Shown one piece after another: positions 28,624 through 38,359 of a stretch of 64,000 bases of DNA. The first letter of the stretch is position 1, and each line of letters starts with the position of its first letter. The translations under genes were made by a program, and so were the position numbers. The DNA comes from Flavobacteriales bacterium (lineage in GTDB: Bacteria; Bacteroidota; Bacteroidia; Flavobacteriales; BACL11), in contig JABGSE010000005.1 of assembly GCA_018647945.1 (NCBI GenBank), forward strand, positions 1,491-65,490, in the 5' to 3' direction. The notes below the pieces were generated by a model. That model searched no databases. It was not told the DNA's origin and saw nothing but the letters and a program-made list of their open reading frames with translations.

Positions 28624-29754
28624 TTATAAATCTATTCTCGCTCCTATTGAATGCGAACCATTAAATGGTTGTGTAGCTCTATAAGAATAATCTAAACCAA
28701 AAGTAGATCCGTTACCCATTGGTAATTCTACTGTAAAACCAGCAGTTGGGCCTCTAAGTGCAGTTGTTCTGTAGGATTCTTTATCATTATCCTCTGCAAA
28801 TCCTTGAGAATATCTAATTCCATCTTCATATACATAACCAGTTCTGATCATAAAGTAATCTTTGTAAGAATATTCACAACCTAATCGGTATTGATCTTTT
28901 TGGAAAGAATTAGAAGTAAAAGTAGTCGCACCGGTTAACCTATTGTCTCTATTAATATTAACATCATAAGTTATTCCAATATTGAAAAGTGCTGGCAAAT
29001 CAAAGAATGAAGACCTTTGTTCAACAGTCATTTTAAAATCGTCCGCACTTCCAACTATTCCTCTAAAGGAAAGTCCATCACCATTAAACGACATCCTTGG
29101 TCCCCAGTTTTTAAGTGAAATACCAAATTTCAAATTATCCTCTGCTCCTGTAATATATTGTATTCCTGCGTCAAAAGCAAGACCATTAGCACTTACATCC
29201 GAAATTTGTTCGGATATCATTCTTATTGTCGCTCCTCCATAAATACTATTAGAAAAAATATGCGCATAAGACACTCCAATATTCATAAACTTTGGAGAGA
29301 ATGTTCCGATACCTCCATCTGGAAGTTCGACAGTAGTAATTTCAATATCACCAAAATCCAAGGACATTACTCCAAATCCTAATACTCCTGATTCTCCCAT
29401 TTTTTGAGAGAAACCAAAAGTACTAATTGTACTTACTGAATTATCCGAATCAAATAATTTGTTACCATACTGTAACCAAGAAGTTTGACTAAAAATTAAT
29501 TCTGTTTTCTCAGTAAATGCCAATCCAGCAACATTTGAATACTGACCTTCCAAACCTTCAACTCCAGCAACATTTGCACCAGCCCATCCAGAAGATCTGG
29601 CAAAAGGATTAATTAGTAATTCAGAAGCTCCTGCGGAACCCGCTCTAATAGCTTCTTCTTGAGAAAAACTCTCTTTAGCAGGGATTAATACAATTGCAGA
29701 TACTACTACAACTTTTATCCAATGAGTTATTTTTTTCATATTTAAAATTTTCAT
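28624..29754 (-). CDS. PorV/PorQ-family outer-membrane beta-barrel protein
   Basis: 376 aa with a signal peptide. The N-terminal block GSAGASELLINPFARSSGWAGANVAGVEGLEGQYSNVAGLAF matches my memory of the conserved PorV/PorQ opening motif. The rest shows alternating beta-strand periodicity. The start lies 10 nt after the upstream stop. Confidence 0.6.
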   Translation of the reverse strand: MKILNMKKITHWIKVVVVSAIVLIPAKESFSQEEAIRAGSAGASELLINPFARSSGWAGANVAGVEGLEGQYSNVAGLAFTEKTELIFSQTSWLQYGNKLFDSDNSVSTISTFGFSQKMGESGVLGFGVMSLDFGDIEITTVELPDGGIGTFSPKFMNIGVSYAHIFSNSIYGGATIRMISEQISDVSANGLAFDAGIQYITGAEDNLKFGISLKNWGPRMSFNGDGLSFRGIVGSADDFKMTVEQRSSFFDLPALFNIGITYDVNINRDNRLTGATTFTSNSFQKDQYRLGCEYSYKDYFMIRTGYVYEDGIRYSQGFAEDNDKESYRTTALRGPTAGFTVELPMGNGSTFGLDYSYRATQPFNGSHSIGARIDL

Positions 29755-29764
29755 TTTTTATTTT

Positions 29765-32700
29765 TTAGAATGTATCTAAATCAATTGGTCGTAATACGCC
29801 AAACCATTTTAATATTTTAGGCTCCGCAAGTGAAGGGGAATCTATATGAATAATATACAAACCACTTGCAATAGGAATACCATAATTATTTTTCAAATCC
29901 CAATCAACAGAAGTTTTATTATCTGATTTTTTAATTTTTTTAATTAATGTACCACTTATTGTAAATATCTGAATGGTTGTATTTTTAGGTAAATTAGTAA
30001 TCTTTATTCTATTATCTAACTGACTTGTTTCGTACTGAGAATAACCGTAATAAGGATTTGGCACTACATTGATTAATTCAGCAGCATTATGAGCTGTAGT
30101 TTCATCCTTAGTAGTAGACATCAAATCTGAAGTATTAAAACTATAGTATGGATTAAAATTATTTAATGGTAGCTGAGCAATAACTCTAGCTTTTGACGAG
30201 CTTGCCGAAAAAGATGTAGTAGTTGCAGTAAATGTTTCTCCAACTTGATACTGAGTTCCATCGTGAGTTACTTTTTTCCCTCCATAAACTTTTGGTCTGG
30301 TTTGAGAATGTTTCACATTATGAGATTGTAAATTATTATCGGCTACCAAATATGTATTCCCAATCACTAAATCATCATTTTTATTCAATATTGCATCAAT
30401 ATCAACATTTACATAAGTATTGTAGGAGCTGTTTACTCTTAATTTTACTGTAGCAACATTTTTACCGTCTTTTCCAAATAACTGTGAATTACTTCCATTT
30501 GCCAATAATGGCATTCCTACCCATGCAGTATGCTGAAATACAGAAGTAATAGCTACTTTCTGAGCAGTAGAATCAGAAAAATCTTCTGAAAGAATATTAT
30601 GAATCCAAGCACCTTTGTCATAATTAGGACTAAGTACTGCATCTAAATAATCATCTTCCGCTTTTACTGAAGCATCTCCACCCATTACATAAATAAAGTG
30701 TTTACCACCCAATAAGAAACTACCTCCTGAAGCTGTATTAGTTTCAGGGTCATATTGTGGAAATTCTTCTGTTAATAAATTAGAGGTTGGGTTCCAAACC
30801 ATGTCTCTACCGTTTTCTTCTGTTAACCACGAATCTTCTGCGAAAATAATATTTAATCTTTCTCCTGTTTCCAGATTGATAGCATAACCAGGGAACCAAC
30901 TCATTCCCTCTGTTCCACTTGCATCTGCAGTAACAGAAACCCCAGTTTTATATTTACTTAAAACTTCTGTTTTGCTTAAAGAAGCACTTTTTCTTAATCC
31001 TAACTTTCTTTGTCCTCCTTCTGCCAAGCTCATATTTTCCTGTACTTCCACCACCACACATCTTGTCCACATTGATGTATCTCTGGTAAATACAATATCT
31101 ACTGAAGGAATAATATCCATAGAAGAATAAGGTGATGCAGTATAGTATCCTGGTGCTGGACCATCATAATAGTGAGATGTTAAACGATAAGGTGCCCAAG
31201 TACCACCGGTTACCTCACCAACACCTACATTTACAGTTTGTTCTACAGCTGTTTCATAAATTCCATTCGGATCATCATCTATAAAATAATCACTCAATCT
31301 GTCTTCATCTTCATGTTCAAAAGACCCAGCTCTTATCCAGTTTAATCCCCAGAAATTACCATTTTCATCATCTCTATCTGGCACACCAGTCAACCATTTG
31401 TCGTAAACATCATCAAACTCAATGGTACCCGAAATTAATCCGTTTGATGATTCAATAATAGGATTGGCAGCAGGATTAACCGCTTGCTTTATTTTGATAG
31501 AAAAACCAAAATTTGCAAATAGTTTTTCCTCTCCAATATCAATTGGTTTTGTAGATGCTGCAACAGTCACTCCATTTTCGTTAAGTAAAGACCATCTTCC
31601 GTAAGAAGTAAGTACGTTCTGAACTTCTATTGGTTCTGAAAGTTGAATAGAATAACTTTTTCCGGTAATTTTCATTGGGTCCACCACCGAAACTTGAATT
31701 GGTCCTGCACCTTTTTTATAAACCGGATTTTCAATTCTACCATTTGCCAAAATATCAACAACCGACATAGAGTCTAACTCTAAATTAATTGAGCCATTTC
31801 CTGTTCCTTCAATTCTTTCAATTTTTGCTCCTGTACCATAATTAGAACCTAAAATAGTTCCTCCATTTTCAGGGTCAATCTGGTGAGGAATTGCAGAATA
31901 AGTTTGTATATTTCTTCTCCCAGCTATATACGGCTGATTTCTACCATCATACAAAGGATTATTTACATCATAAGGATCTAAATTAATTTCTGCAGGAGTA
32001 AATCCGTAAGCAATTGACATAAAATGGTATGTTTTATGGTTTACCAAACGGGTATTACCAAGTGCAAATTTATCATCTAATAATTGAAAAGAATATTCCA
32101 CACCATTATCCACCGAACCAAGTACTCCCGATTCTAATACTGAAGGTACTTCTTCAATAGGAATATAAACATTTAATGTTGGATCCAAATATTGATTCAC
32201 AATTCCTGATACTCCATCATCAATATCAGAACGGAACACCATTCTTGCTTTATCAGGATCATCTAAATCTGTTACAGAAACCGTAGCATCTTTTAATTGG
32301 AAAACAACATATCCTTGAAATTTATAGTTCTGATTTTCAAGATTGGAAGCCAAAGTAATGTATGGATCTTTTTCAGAGTATGTTTCGTTATAATTATTTG
32401 ATGATGTAGAATTGGTTAAAGAAATAATCAACTCTTTATCTAACTCTCTGATATTTAAATCTGGAGCATCTGGCCCATTCATCATATTAAAGTTATTATC
32501 AAATAAGGCTTGTGCCTCTCTATCATATACTTTTACAAGTTGAACTGAAGCAGCATTTCCGCCTGATTTTGCTCTGGCCCACACTACACCTGTAGTAATT
32601 GTATTTACAGCTCCTGGTTGTAAAGTAAACGGACCAGCTGATTGTATAAATCTTCTATCGGCTGGACTATTACCAGCAGTTACTTCTGTCCATTCTTGTC

Positions 32701-34018
32701 CTGGGAACATTGGATCCGAAACTCCGGGGAACATAAAGTTACAAAGTTCGGTTGTTGCTCCAGGGCCTTCTCCTTTACCATTTCCTCCGAAAGTCATAGG
32801 CACATTATCTCTCCATATTCCTCTTAAATAATTATAAATATCTGTACCTGAATTTGGATTTCCTCTTACTGTTTGATCATTATTATAATAAACAAATTTC
32901 GACATAATAATTTGTTCACCTAGCTCATCAATTGTTCCATCTCTATCATTGTCTATCCCATCACCAGCATCTGCAAGTGGTCCCTGGAAAAAGTCAACTC
33001 CAATAGCTGGAGGATTAAAACCATAACCAGCAGCACCTTCATCTTCCGCATCTCCATTGTAGCAAATTCCTAAACCAAGATTCACATCACAACCTACATA
33101 ATCATCTAAATAAAATCCTAAATCCGGATCTACCCACTGTCCGAAATAAGTATCAGTTAAAGGTAAAGTAGAGCGGTTTATAATTTTATAGTTGTAAAAA
33201 GTCATATCATTAATTTCATTATCAGCAGTAAATGCAAAAGCTTGTGCATGTATTTCTAATCCAATTGCCTCTTCTCCAAATTCTGTATGAATATTTCCTT
33301 TATCATTAAATACCCACCAAAGAGTCTGATCTCCAAAAAGTTTTGCACTTTCATTGTCACCCGTAATGTTATAGTCAGGATAATCTCCATCAAAAGGTGA
33401 ATAATTTCCATCACCATTCTTATCAAAGAAGGGTGCTAAGTATTGAGAATATCCACTTGCTTCTGCATTACCAGAAGCTGGCCAATTTTTAATAGATTCT
33501 GGTATCAAATCATCAGTATAAGTAGGGTCAATTCCATGTCTAGCAACAAATTCTTCTACATCCGCTCTGTCTAATTTGAAGTGTTTGTCCCATTCCAAAC
33601 ATTCGCTAGCATCAATAGTAGCGGTAGCGGTATTTAAAGGTCCTGGCCAAAAATCAGAACCAGATTGTCTGTAAGTCATAGCAGCTACTTTCAACTGACC
33701 ACCAGCATCAACCCCACCAATCCAAAGCGCTCCGGCAAATAATGAGTTTAATCCGGAACCAATAGGGATTTCATATTGAGCATCACTTAAATTCCACCAC
33801 ATATCTCCACCTCCTAATATCATTGCTCTTACATTGTTTACATCCAAGTCAACTTGTGAAGATGCTTCAGCACATCCCGCGGCTACCCTTGCATGAGTAA
33901 AGGAAGACATATTAGAATTTACATTTTCTCTTGCAATAACTCCAACACTTAATAAAGCAAGTGATAGGGTTAATATTTGTCTGAATTTTATATTCATAAA
34001 TGATTTATTTTCTGTCAT
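29765..34018 (-). CDS. large secreted protein of unknown function with T9SS type A C-terminal sorting domain
   Basis: 1417 aa with a signal peptide (a likely start is MNIKFRQ at 33997). It contains a DGIDNDRDGTIDE calcium-binding-like loop. The C-terminal part ..VVPNPYYGYSQYE..IKITNLP..IQIFTISGTLI..ASGLYIIHI.. looks like the Por secretion tail (type A CTD). I recognise no catalytic family. Confidence 0.65.
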   Translation of the reverse strand: MTENKSFMNIKFRQILTLSLALLSVGVIARENVNSNMSSFTHARVAAGCAEASSQVDLDVNNVRAMILGGGDMWWNLSDAQYEIPIGSGLNSLFAGALWIGGVDAGGQLKVAAMTYRQSGSDFWPGPLNTATATIDASECLEWDKHFKLDRADVEEFVARHGIDPTYTDDLIPESIKNWPASGNAEASGYSQYLAPFFDKNGDGNYSPFDGDYPDYNITGDNESAKLFGDQTLWWVFNDKGNIHTEFGEEAIGLEIHAQAFAFTADNEINDMTFYNYKIINRSTLPLTDTYFGQWVDPDLGFYLDDYVGCDVNLGLGICYNGDAEDEGAAGYGFNPPAIGVDFFQGPLADAGDGIDNDRDGTIDELGEQIIMSKFVYYNNDQTVRGNPNSGTDIYNYLRGIWRDNVPMTFGGNGKGEGPGATTELCNFMFPGVSDPMFPGQEWTEVTAGNSPADRRFIQSAGPFTLQPGAVNTITTGVVWARAKSGGNAASVQLVKVYDREAQALFDNNFNMMNGPDAPDLNIRELDKELIISLTNSTSSNNYNETYSEKDPYITLASNLENQNYKFQGYVVFQLKDATVSVTDLDDPDKARMVFRSDIDDGVSGIVNQYLDPTLNVYIPIEEVPSVLESGVLGSVDNGVEYSFQLLDDKFALGNTRLVNHKTYHFMSIAYGFTPAEINLDPYDVNNPLYDGRNQPYIAGRRNIQTYSAIPHQIDPENGGTILGSNYGTGAKIERIEGTGNGSINLELDSMSVVDILANGRIENPVYKKGAGPIQVSVVDPMKITGKSYSIQLSEPIEVQNVLTSYGRWSLLNENGVTVAASTKPIDIGEEKLFANFGFSIKIKQAVNPAANPIIESSNGLISGTIEFDDVYDKWLTGVPDRDDENGNFWGLNWIRAGSFEHEDEDRLSDYFIDDDPNGIYETAVEQTVNVGVGEVTGGTWAPYRLTSHYYDGPAPGYYTASPYSSMDIIPSVDIVFTRDTSMWTRCVVVEVQENMSLAEGGQRKLGLRKSASLSKTEVLSKYKTGVSVTADASGTEGMSWFPGYAINLETGERLNIIFAEDSWLTEENGRDMVWNPTSNLLTEEFPQYDPETNTASGGSFLLGGKHFIYVMGGDASVKAEDDYLDAVLSPNYDKGAWIHNILSEDFSDSTAQKVAITSVFQHTAWVGMPLLANGSNSQLFGKDGKNVATVKLRVNSSYNTYVNVDIDAILNKNDDLVIGNTYLVADNNLQSHNVKHSQTRPKVYGGKKVTHDGTQYQVGETFTATTTSFSASSSKARVIAQLPLNNFNPYYSFNTSDLMSTTKDETTAHNAAELINVVPNPYYGYSQYETSQLDNRIKITNLPKNTTIQIFTISGTLIKKIKKSDNKTSVDWDLKNNYGIPIASGLYIIHIDSPSLAEPKILKWFGVLRPIDLDTF

Positions 34019-34031
34019 AATTTATTTCTTC

Positions 34032-37000
34032 TTAAAAAGTAAGTGTTAATCCCATTCTGAACATTCTTGGTAAACTATAATGTGACGGATTGTTTACAGC
34101 CAAAGAATACAGATAAATAAAAGATTCAGGATTGTTTCTTGCTAAAATATCGTTTTGAGATTCAGTTGCAGTTAAATATCCATCATCTTCCGGATTTCCG
34201 GTAGCTCTGTAAACACTTATAATGTTTCTTGCATCAAATAGATTTTGTATTTGTAAGTATGCATTTACAGAAGATGATTTGGTTTTACTCCATTTAATTT
34301 CAAAGTTTTTGTTGAATTTGGCATTCATACGGAATTGCCAAGGTAATCGTGAACCATTAATACTTCCATCCAAAGTAGAACGGTCGTTAATACCAGAAGC
34401 CGCTTCTTGTGTAACATTCGACTGACGGCTATAAGGTGTACCCGAACCGGCAGACAACATAATATTTGCTCCTGCATCTTCAAGTATTTTCCATTTCCCT
34501 ATAACAGGTCCTTTATATTTGTCTCCTCTTTTATATCTGTAATCCACAGAAGAAGAAATTGCATGACGCTGATCGTTAGAAAGTGGAATTGTAGTTCTTA
34601 AGTTTGGCTGACCTGTATTTACCAAACTATAACCTGAAGAAGCAGATGAACCTGTTCCGTCAGCAAATTGAATTGTATAGTTTGATGTCATCTGAATTCT
34701 TCCTGTTCTTCTTAAATCGTAACTTATTGAGAATCCTTTTGATGTCCCAAAATCAATATTTTGATACATCATATATGTTGCAGGATACGCTCCCAATACA
34801 TTTGTAACCTGAACCATATCTCTCATTTCCTTATAGAATAAAGACATCTTTAGCGCTGAGGAGATGGTTAATTTCTTTGCAAAACCAATTTCATAATCAA
34901 TTGTCGTTTCTGGTTTTAAGTCAGGGTTATTTAAAAGTGCTCCTACTTGACTTTCCATAAATAAGTAATCCATTGGTTCAATTCTGTTAGCAGATGGTCG
35001 TTGAGTTAACACATCATAATGAGCGAAAAACTGAGCTTCATCCGAAATAGGGAAAGAAAATGCAATCCTTGGCATAAAAGACAATTGTGGTTCATAATCT
35101 TTAAAAGCATCTACTGTTTTAAATCCTTTTACAGCAAATTCTGGATTGCTCAGTAAAGGAGCTATTTTACCATCTGCAGCTTCCGACAGTAAAGTAGGGT
35201 CCGAAATTTGAGTACCTACCGAATTGTACCAGTCATCTCCATTTCTGTACCCAACAATTTTTGTTGGACTTTCTACATCATCAACATACACCACAAAATT
35301 ATCTCCAATTGCAGATGGGTGACTACCTCCTTCAGTTAATCCCTTAGCTTCATCTGTTCCGGCTAAATTAGGATTGTACATTAAATACTTATCTTTTAAT
35401 ACCATCTGATTTGCATCATAATTACTAATTCGTAATCCTATATTAAACATTAAATCGTTTATGGCAAATTTATCCTGTATGTAACCTGCAGAATAAGTCG
35501 GAGCAAATGCAGCAATATTTCTATCTAAATTTGCTACTGTAATAATCTTTTCATCTGGAGACCCACAATTTTCACATAAATCTCCATCTGCGTTTCTTGT
35601 TCCGAAAAAGGCTGCTAAGGAATTAGGATTATTGTTTATTTGTCCATAAGCATCATATCCATAATAGGAAACATAAGCACTTCCATTGTTTATTAATTCT
35701 GATGGAGAAAACCAATTTAGTTGAAAATCTTCAGGAGACAATTCATCAATATCAATAAATTCAAGCTGTGAATAATTCAAATTAGATCTTAAGCTATCAT
35801 CAAATACTGATTGTTCTTCTGCAATAAACAATCTATTATAGTTTATTGTATCTAGGAAAATTCCATTTTCATCCTCTAGAGGTAATGGATTACTTAAATC
35901 TCTTTCTAATATGTGTCTGTTTGTCAAACTTCTCATTAATCCCCATAGCCCTGTTGTACCTACTGACCAAGCCATATCTTTTCTGTATTCTTGTTCAAAA
36001 CCCATAGATATTTCATGGTCACCAATATCAGCAGAAGAAGCAAACTTAAATGATTGTTGATTGTTTTGAGCGTAGTAAGCTCCATTATACCTTGCTCCCC
36101 AACCTCCAAATAAAGAATATACATTTGCAGGGCCATCACCATTTCTCAATCCTTGTCCTTGCAAATCGTTAGGAGTTCTGATTACACCATCCGCTCCATA
36201 TCCGGAAATGTATTGAGAGGCCATATTGTATTGAGAATAAATATCGTAATAAGCATTTGTGTAAGCTGCAGCTTCTGGGTTTTTTGTATTAGCGTCATCA
36301 AATGTATAAGAAGTATCTCTCCACCCTAATAATACTTTCCCTACATAAGGAGTGCTGTTTGCTGTATCGTAAACTGCCATGTTAAACCTACTATATACAT
36401 TTTCTCTTTCTGTTGTAAACTTACCTACATATCCATAATCAAATAAATTATATTCGTGCCTGGCATCAAATGTTTCGTAATAGTTATTGGTGTAATTGTA
36501 CTGAACAGTAAAAAATGCATTTTTAATCAGATTGGAACTACTCTCGCTATTGGATTCTTCATTACCAAATTTTTGAGTTAATTTACCAACCGCTCTCCAA
36601 GTTTTTTGTGTAGAATTACTGTTGTTGTCCCAAGAAAACATGGACCTCCAATAGTTAGAATTTTTATTGTTACTATTATAATGTGTGGCGCTTAAAGAAA
36701 GGAATGTGTTTTTAGCAGGTTTTATATCCAATTTGGCAGTAAAATTATACCTATTTTGTTGCATATTTTGTTTTGCCTGAACATTTTCGTAATCTTCTGA
36801 GGTTAGAAAATCAGAAGTACTTAAAAACCCTGCTGCTGCATTTGGTGCAATTTGAAAAGGAGTAGATTTTAATTCTTGCAGTACATCATCTTTTACTTTC
36901 CAAACTCCAATTGCTGAAGGGTCTGTATCATCAACTTTTCTAATTTCTCCTGAAATAAAGAATCCGATAATTGAATTTCCTTTGGTACCATCCGCATTTG

Positions 37001-37790
37001 TTTTTCTTAATAGAGGACCTGAAAGCACCCCTCCAATCAAATGATAATTGTAATCATCAAACAAAGCAGAAGTTTCATATTCTATTCCTCCATAAAACTT
37101 ATTAGAAGGTCCTTTAGTGGTAATTTCAATAATCCCCCCTGTTACATCTCCATATTTTGCAGGTAAACCTCCAGTAACAACTGTCATTTGCTCAATAGCT
37201 GATGTAGGCACTCCTAAGGAACCTCTCACCCTTACCCCGTCTACAATATATGCAGTGGAAGAAGATCTGGATCCTCTCATATTTAAAGCGTCACCCTCAT
37301 CTCTTTGGTATACACCAGCAGTTGCAGCGGCTATGGAATTAATACTTTTTGTTGGTACAGCCAAAATCTCTGCAGAAGTTTTTGTTTCTCCAGACATTAC
37401 ATTCTGATCAATTAATGGTTTTCGGAAAATCCTTATATCAACTTCATCAATCAGTACACCTGCTGTCATTTGTATTGCATTTTCTCCTTTAAGAGATGTA
37501 GTTCTGTTTGCTGAAATAACTACACTAGGCATTGAAAATGTAGTATATCCAATAAAAGAAGCTTTTACGGTATAAATACCTGGTTCAATAGGTTTAATTG
37601 TAAAGTTACCTTGCCCATCAGTGACTGTTCCATCTATTTGGTTTCCATCTTTTTCAATTATCACATTGATATAACCCATGGACTTACCAGTTGATTTATC
37701 TGTTATCGTTCCTTTAAGGGTTCCTGTCTGAGCGAATGCAATTACGGAAAAAAATCCTAAAATTGCTGTTAAATATATTTTTCTAAACAT
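34032..37790 (-). CDS. oversized TonB-dependent-receptor-like outer-membrane barrel with CarboxypepD_reg-like N-domain
   Basis: The start is set at MFRKIYLTAILGFFSVIAFAQ. The N-terminus GTLKGTITD..GYINVII..GNFTI..GIYTVKASFIGY is the carboxypeptidase-regulatory-like fold. A plug-like region follows (..MRGSRSSSTAYIVDGVRV..GGIIEITTK..). The protein ends in ..GLTLTF with a terminal Phe. No SusD-like gene follows. Confidence 0.8.
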   Translation of the reverse strand: MFRKIYLTAILGFFSVIAFAQTGTLKGTITDKSTGKSMGYINVIIEKDGNQIDGTVTDGQGNFTIKPIEPGIYTVKASFIGYTTFSMPSVVISANRTTSLKGENAIQMTAGVLIDEVDIRIFRKPLIDQNVMSGETKTSAEILAVPTKSINSIAAATAGVYQRDEGDALNMRGSRSSSTAYIVDGVRVRGSLGVPTSAIEQMTVVTGGLPAKYGDVTGGIIEITTKGPSNKFYGGIEYETSALFDDYNYHLIGGVLSGPLLRKTNADGTKGNSIIGFFISGEIRKVDDTDPSAIGVWKVKDDVLQELKSTPFQIAPNAAAGFLSTSDFLTSEDYENVQAKQNMQQNRYNFTAKLDIKPAKNTFLSLSATHYNSNNKNSNYWRSMFSWDNNSNSTQKTWRAVGKLTQKFGNEESNSESSSNLIKNAFFTVQYNYTNNYYETFDARHEYNLFDYGYVGKFTTERENVYSRFNMAVYDTANSTPYVGKVLLGWRDTSYTFDDANTKNPEAAAYTNAYYDIYSQYNMASQYISGYGADGVIRTPNDLQGQGLRNGDGPANVYSLFGGWGARYNGAYYAQNNQQSFKFASSADIGDHEISMGFEQEYRKDMAWSVGTTGLWGLMRSLTNRHILERDLSNPLPLEDENGIFLDTINYNRLFIAEEQSVFDDSLRSNLNYSQLEFIDIDELSPEDFQLNWFSPSELINNGSAYVSYYGYDAYGQINNNPNSLAAFFGTRNADGDLCENCGSPDEKIITVANLDRNIAAFAPTYSAGYIQDKFAINDLMFNIGLRISNYDANQMVLKDKYLMYNPNLAGTDEAKGLTEGGSHPSAIGDNFVVYVDDVESPTKIVGYRNGDDWYNSVGTQISDPTLLSEAADGKIAPLLSNPEFAVKGFKTVDAFKDYEPQLSFMPRIAFSFPISDEAQFFAHYDVLTQRPSANRIEPMDYLFMESQVGALLNNPDLKPETTIDYEIGFAKKLTISSALKMSLFYKEMRDMVQVTNVLGAYPATYMMYQNIDFGTSKGFSISYDLRRTGRIQMTSNYTIQFADGTGSSASSGYSLVNTGQPNLRTTIPLSNDQRHAISSSVDYRYKRGDKYKGPVIGKWKILEDAGANIMLSAGSGTPYSRQSNVTQEAASGINDRSTLDGSINGSRLPWQFRMNAKFNKNFEIKWSKTKSSSVNAYLQIQNLFDARNIISVYRATGNPEDDGYLTATESQNDILARNNPESFIYLYSLAVNNPSHYSLPRMFRMGLTLTF

Positions 37791-37896
37791 AGGTATATAA
37801 ATGTTAGTGTGTTTATAATTCAAAGGCGGTAAAGGTAATAACTTTTATAAATCAGACAAACAGATTTCTTTTTTATTTTATTTGTAAAATTGCAAT

Positions 37897-38310
37897 ATGA
37901 AAAAACTAAGTAATATTATTTGTTTCCTTGTTGTATTATCATCCTGTGGTGATAAAAATGATTACATAAGAGAAGTATATGTAAACATTGAGATTCCTGT
38001 AAATCAACCAGAATATTCGGATTTGAACGCAATTGGAAATTCAATTTTTGTAACTGGAGGTGTGCAAGGCATCATCATTTATCATTCCAATATTAATCAA
38101 TACAGAGCTTACGACAGAAACTGCAGCTTTGAACCTTCCGAAAATTGTGCTGTAATCGATTCGATAAATGCAACTGTAGCAGCTTGCGGATGTTGTACAT
38201 CAAAATTCCTATTGGACCAAGGAGGTATAACAGCAAACGGACCAGCATTACTATCGTTAAAAGAATATTTCACTACATTTTCTGGAGGAATACTTCACAT
38301 TAAAAACTAA
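37897..38310 (+). CDS. small lipoprotein with Rieske-like fold lacking the His ligands
   Basis: 137 aa with a lipobox (VVLSSCG). ..DRNCSFEPSENC..x14..ACGCCTSKFLLDQGGITANGPA.. aligns by eye to the Rieske CxH..CPxHGxxF..G....GPA pattern, but with His replaced by Phe and Cys. Confidence 0.45.
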   Translation: MKKLSNIICFLVVLSSCGDKNDYIREVYVNIEIPVNQPEYSDLNAIGNSIFVTGGVQGIIIYHSNINQYRAYDRNCSFEPSENCAVIDSINATVAACGCCTSKFLLDQGGITANGPALLSLKEYFTTFSGGILHIKN

Positions 38311-38311
38311 A

Positions 38312-38333
38312 AAATCCCGATTTCTCGGGATTT
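38312..38333. terminator. hairpin terminator between convergent genes
   Basis: Stem aaatcccga/tcgggattt with loop tttc, flanked by an A-run and a T-rich tract. It lies between the lipoprotein stop (38310) and the ahcY stop (38360). Confidence 0.6.
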
Positions 38334-38359
38334 CTTTAATCTAATATCTATTGTCTAAA

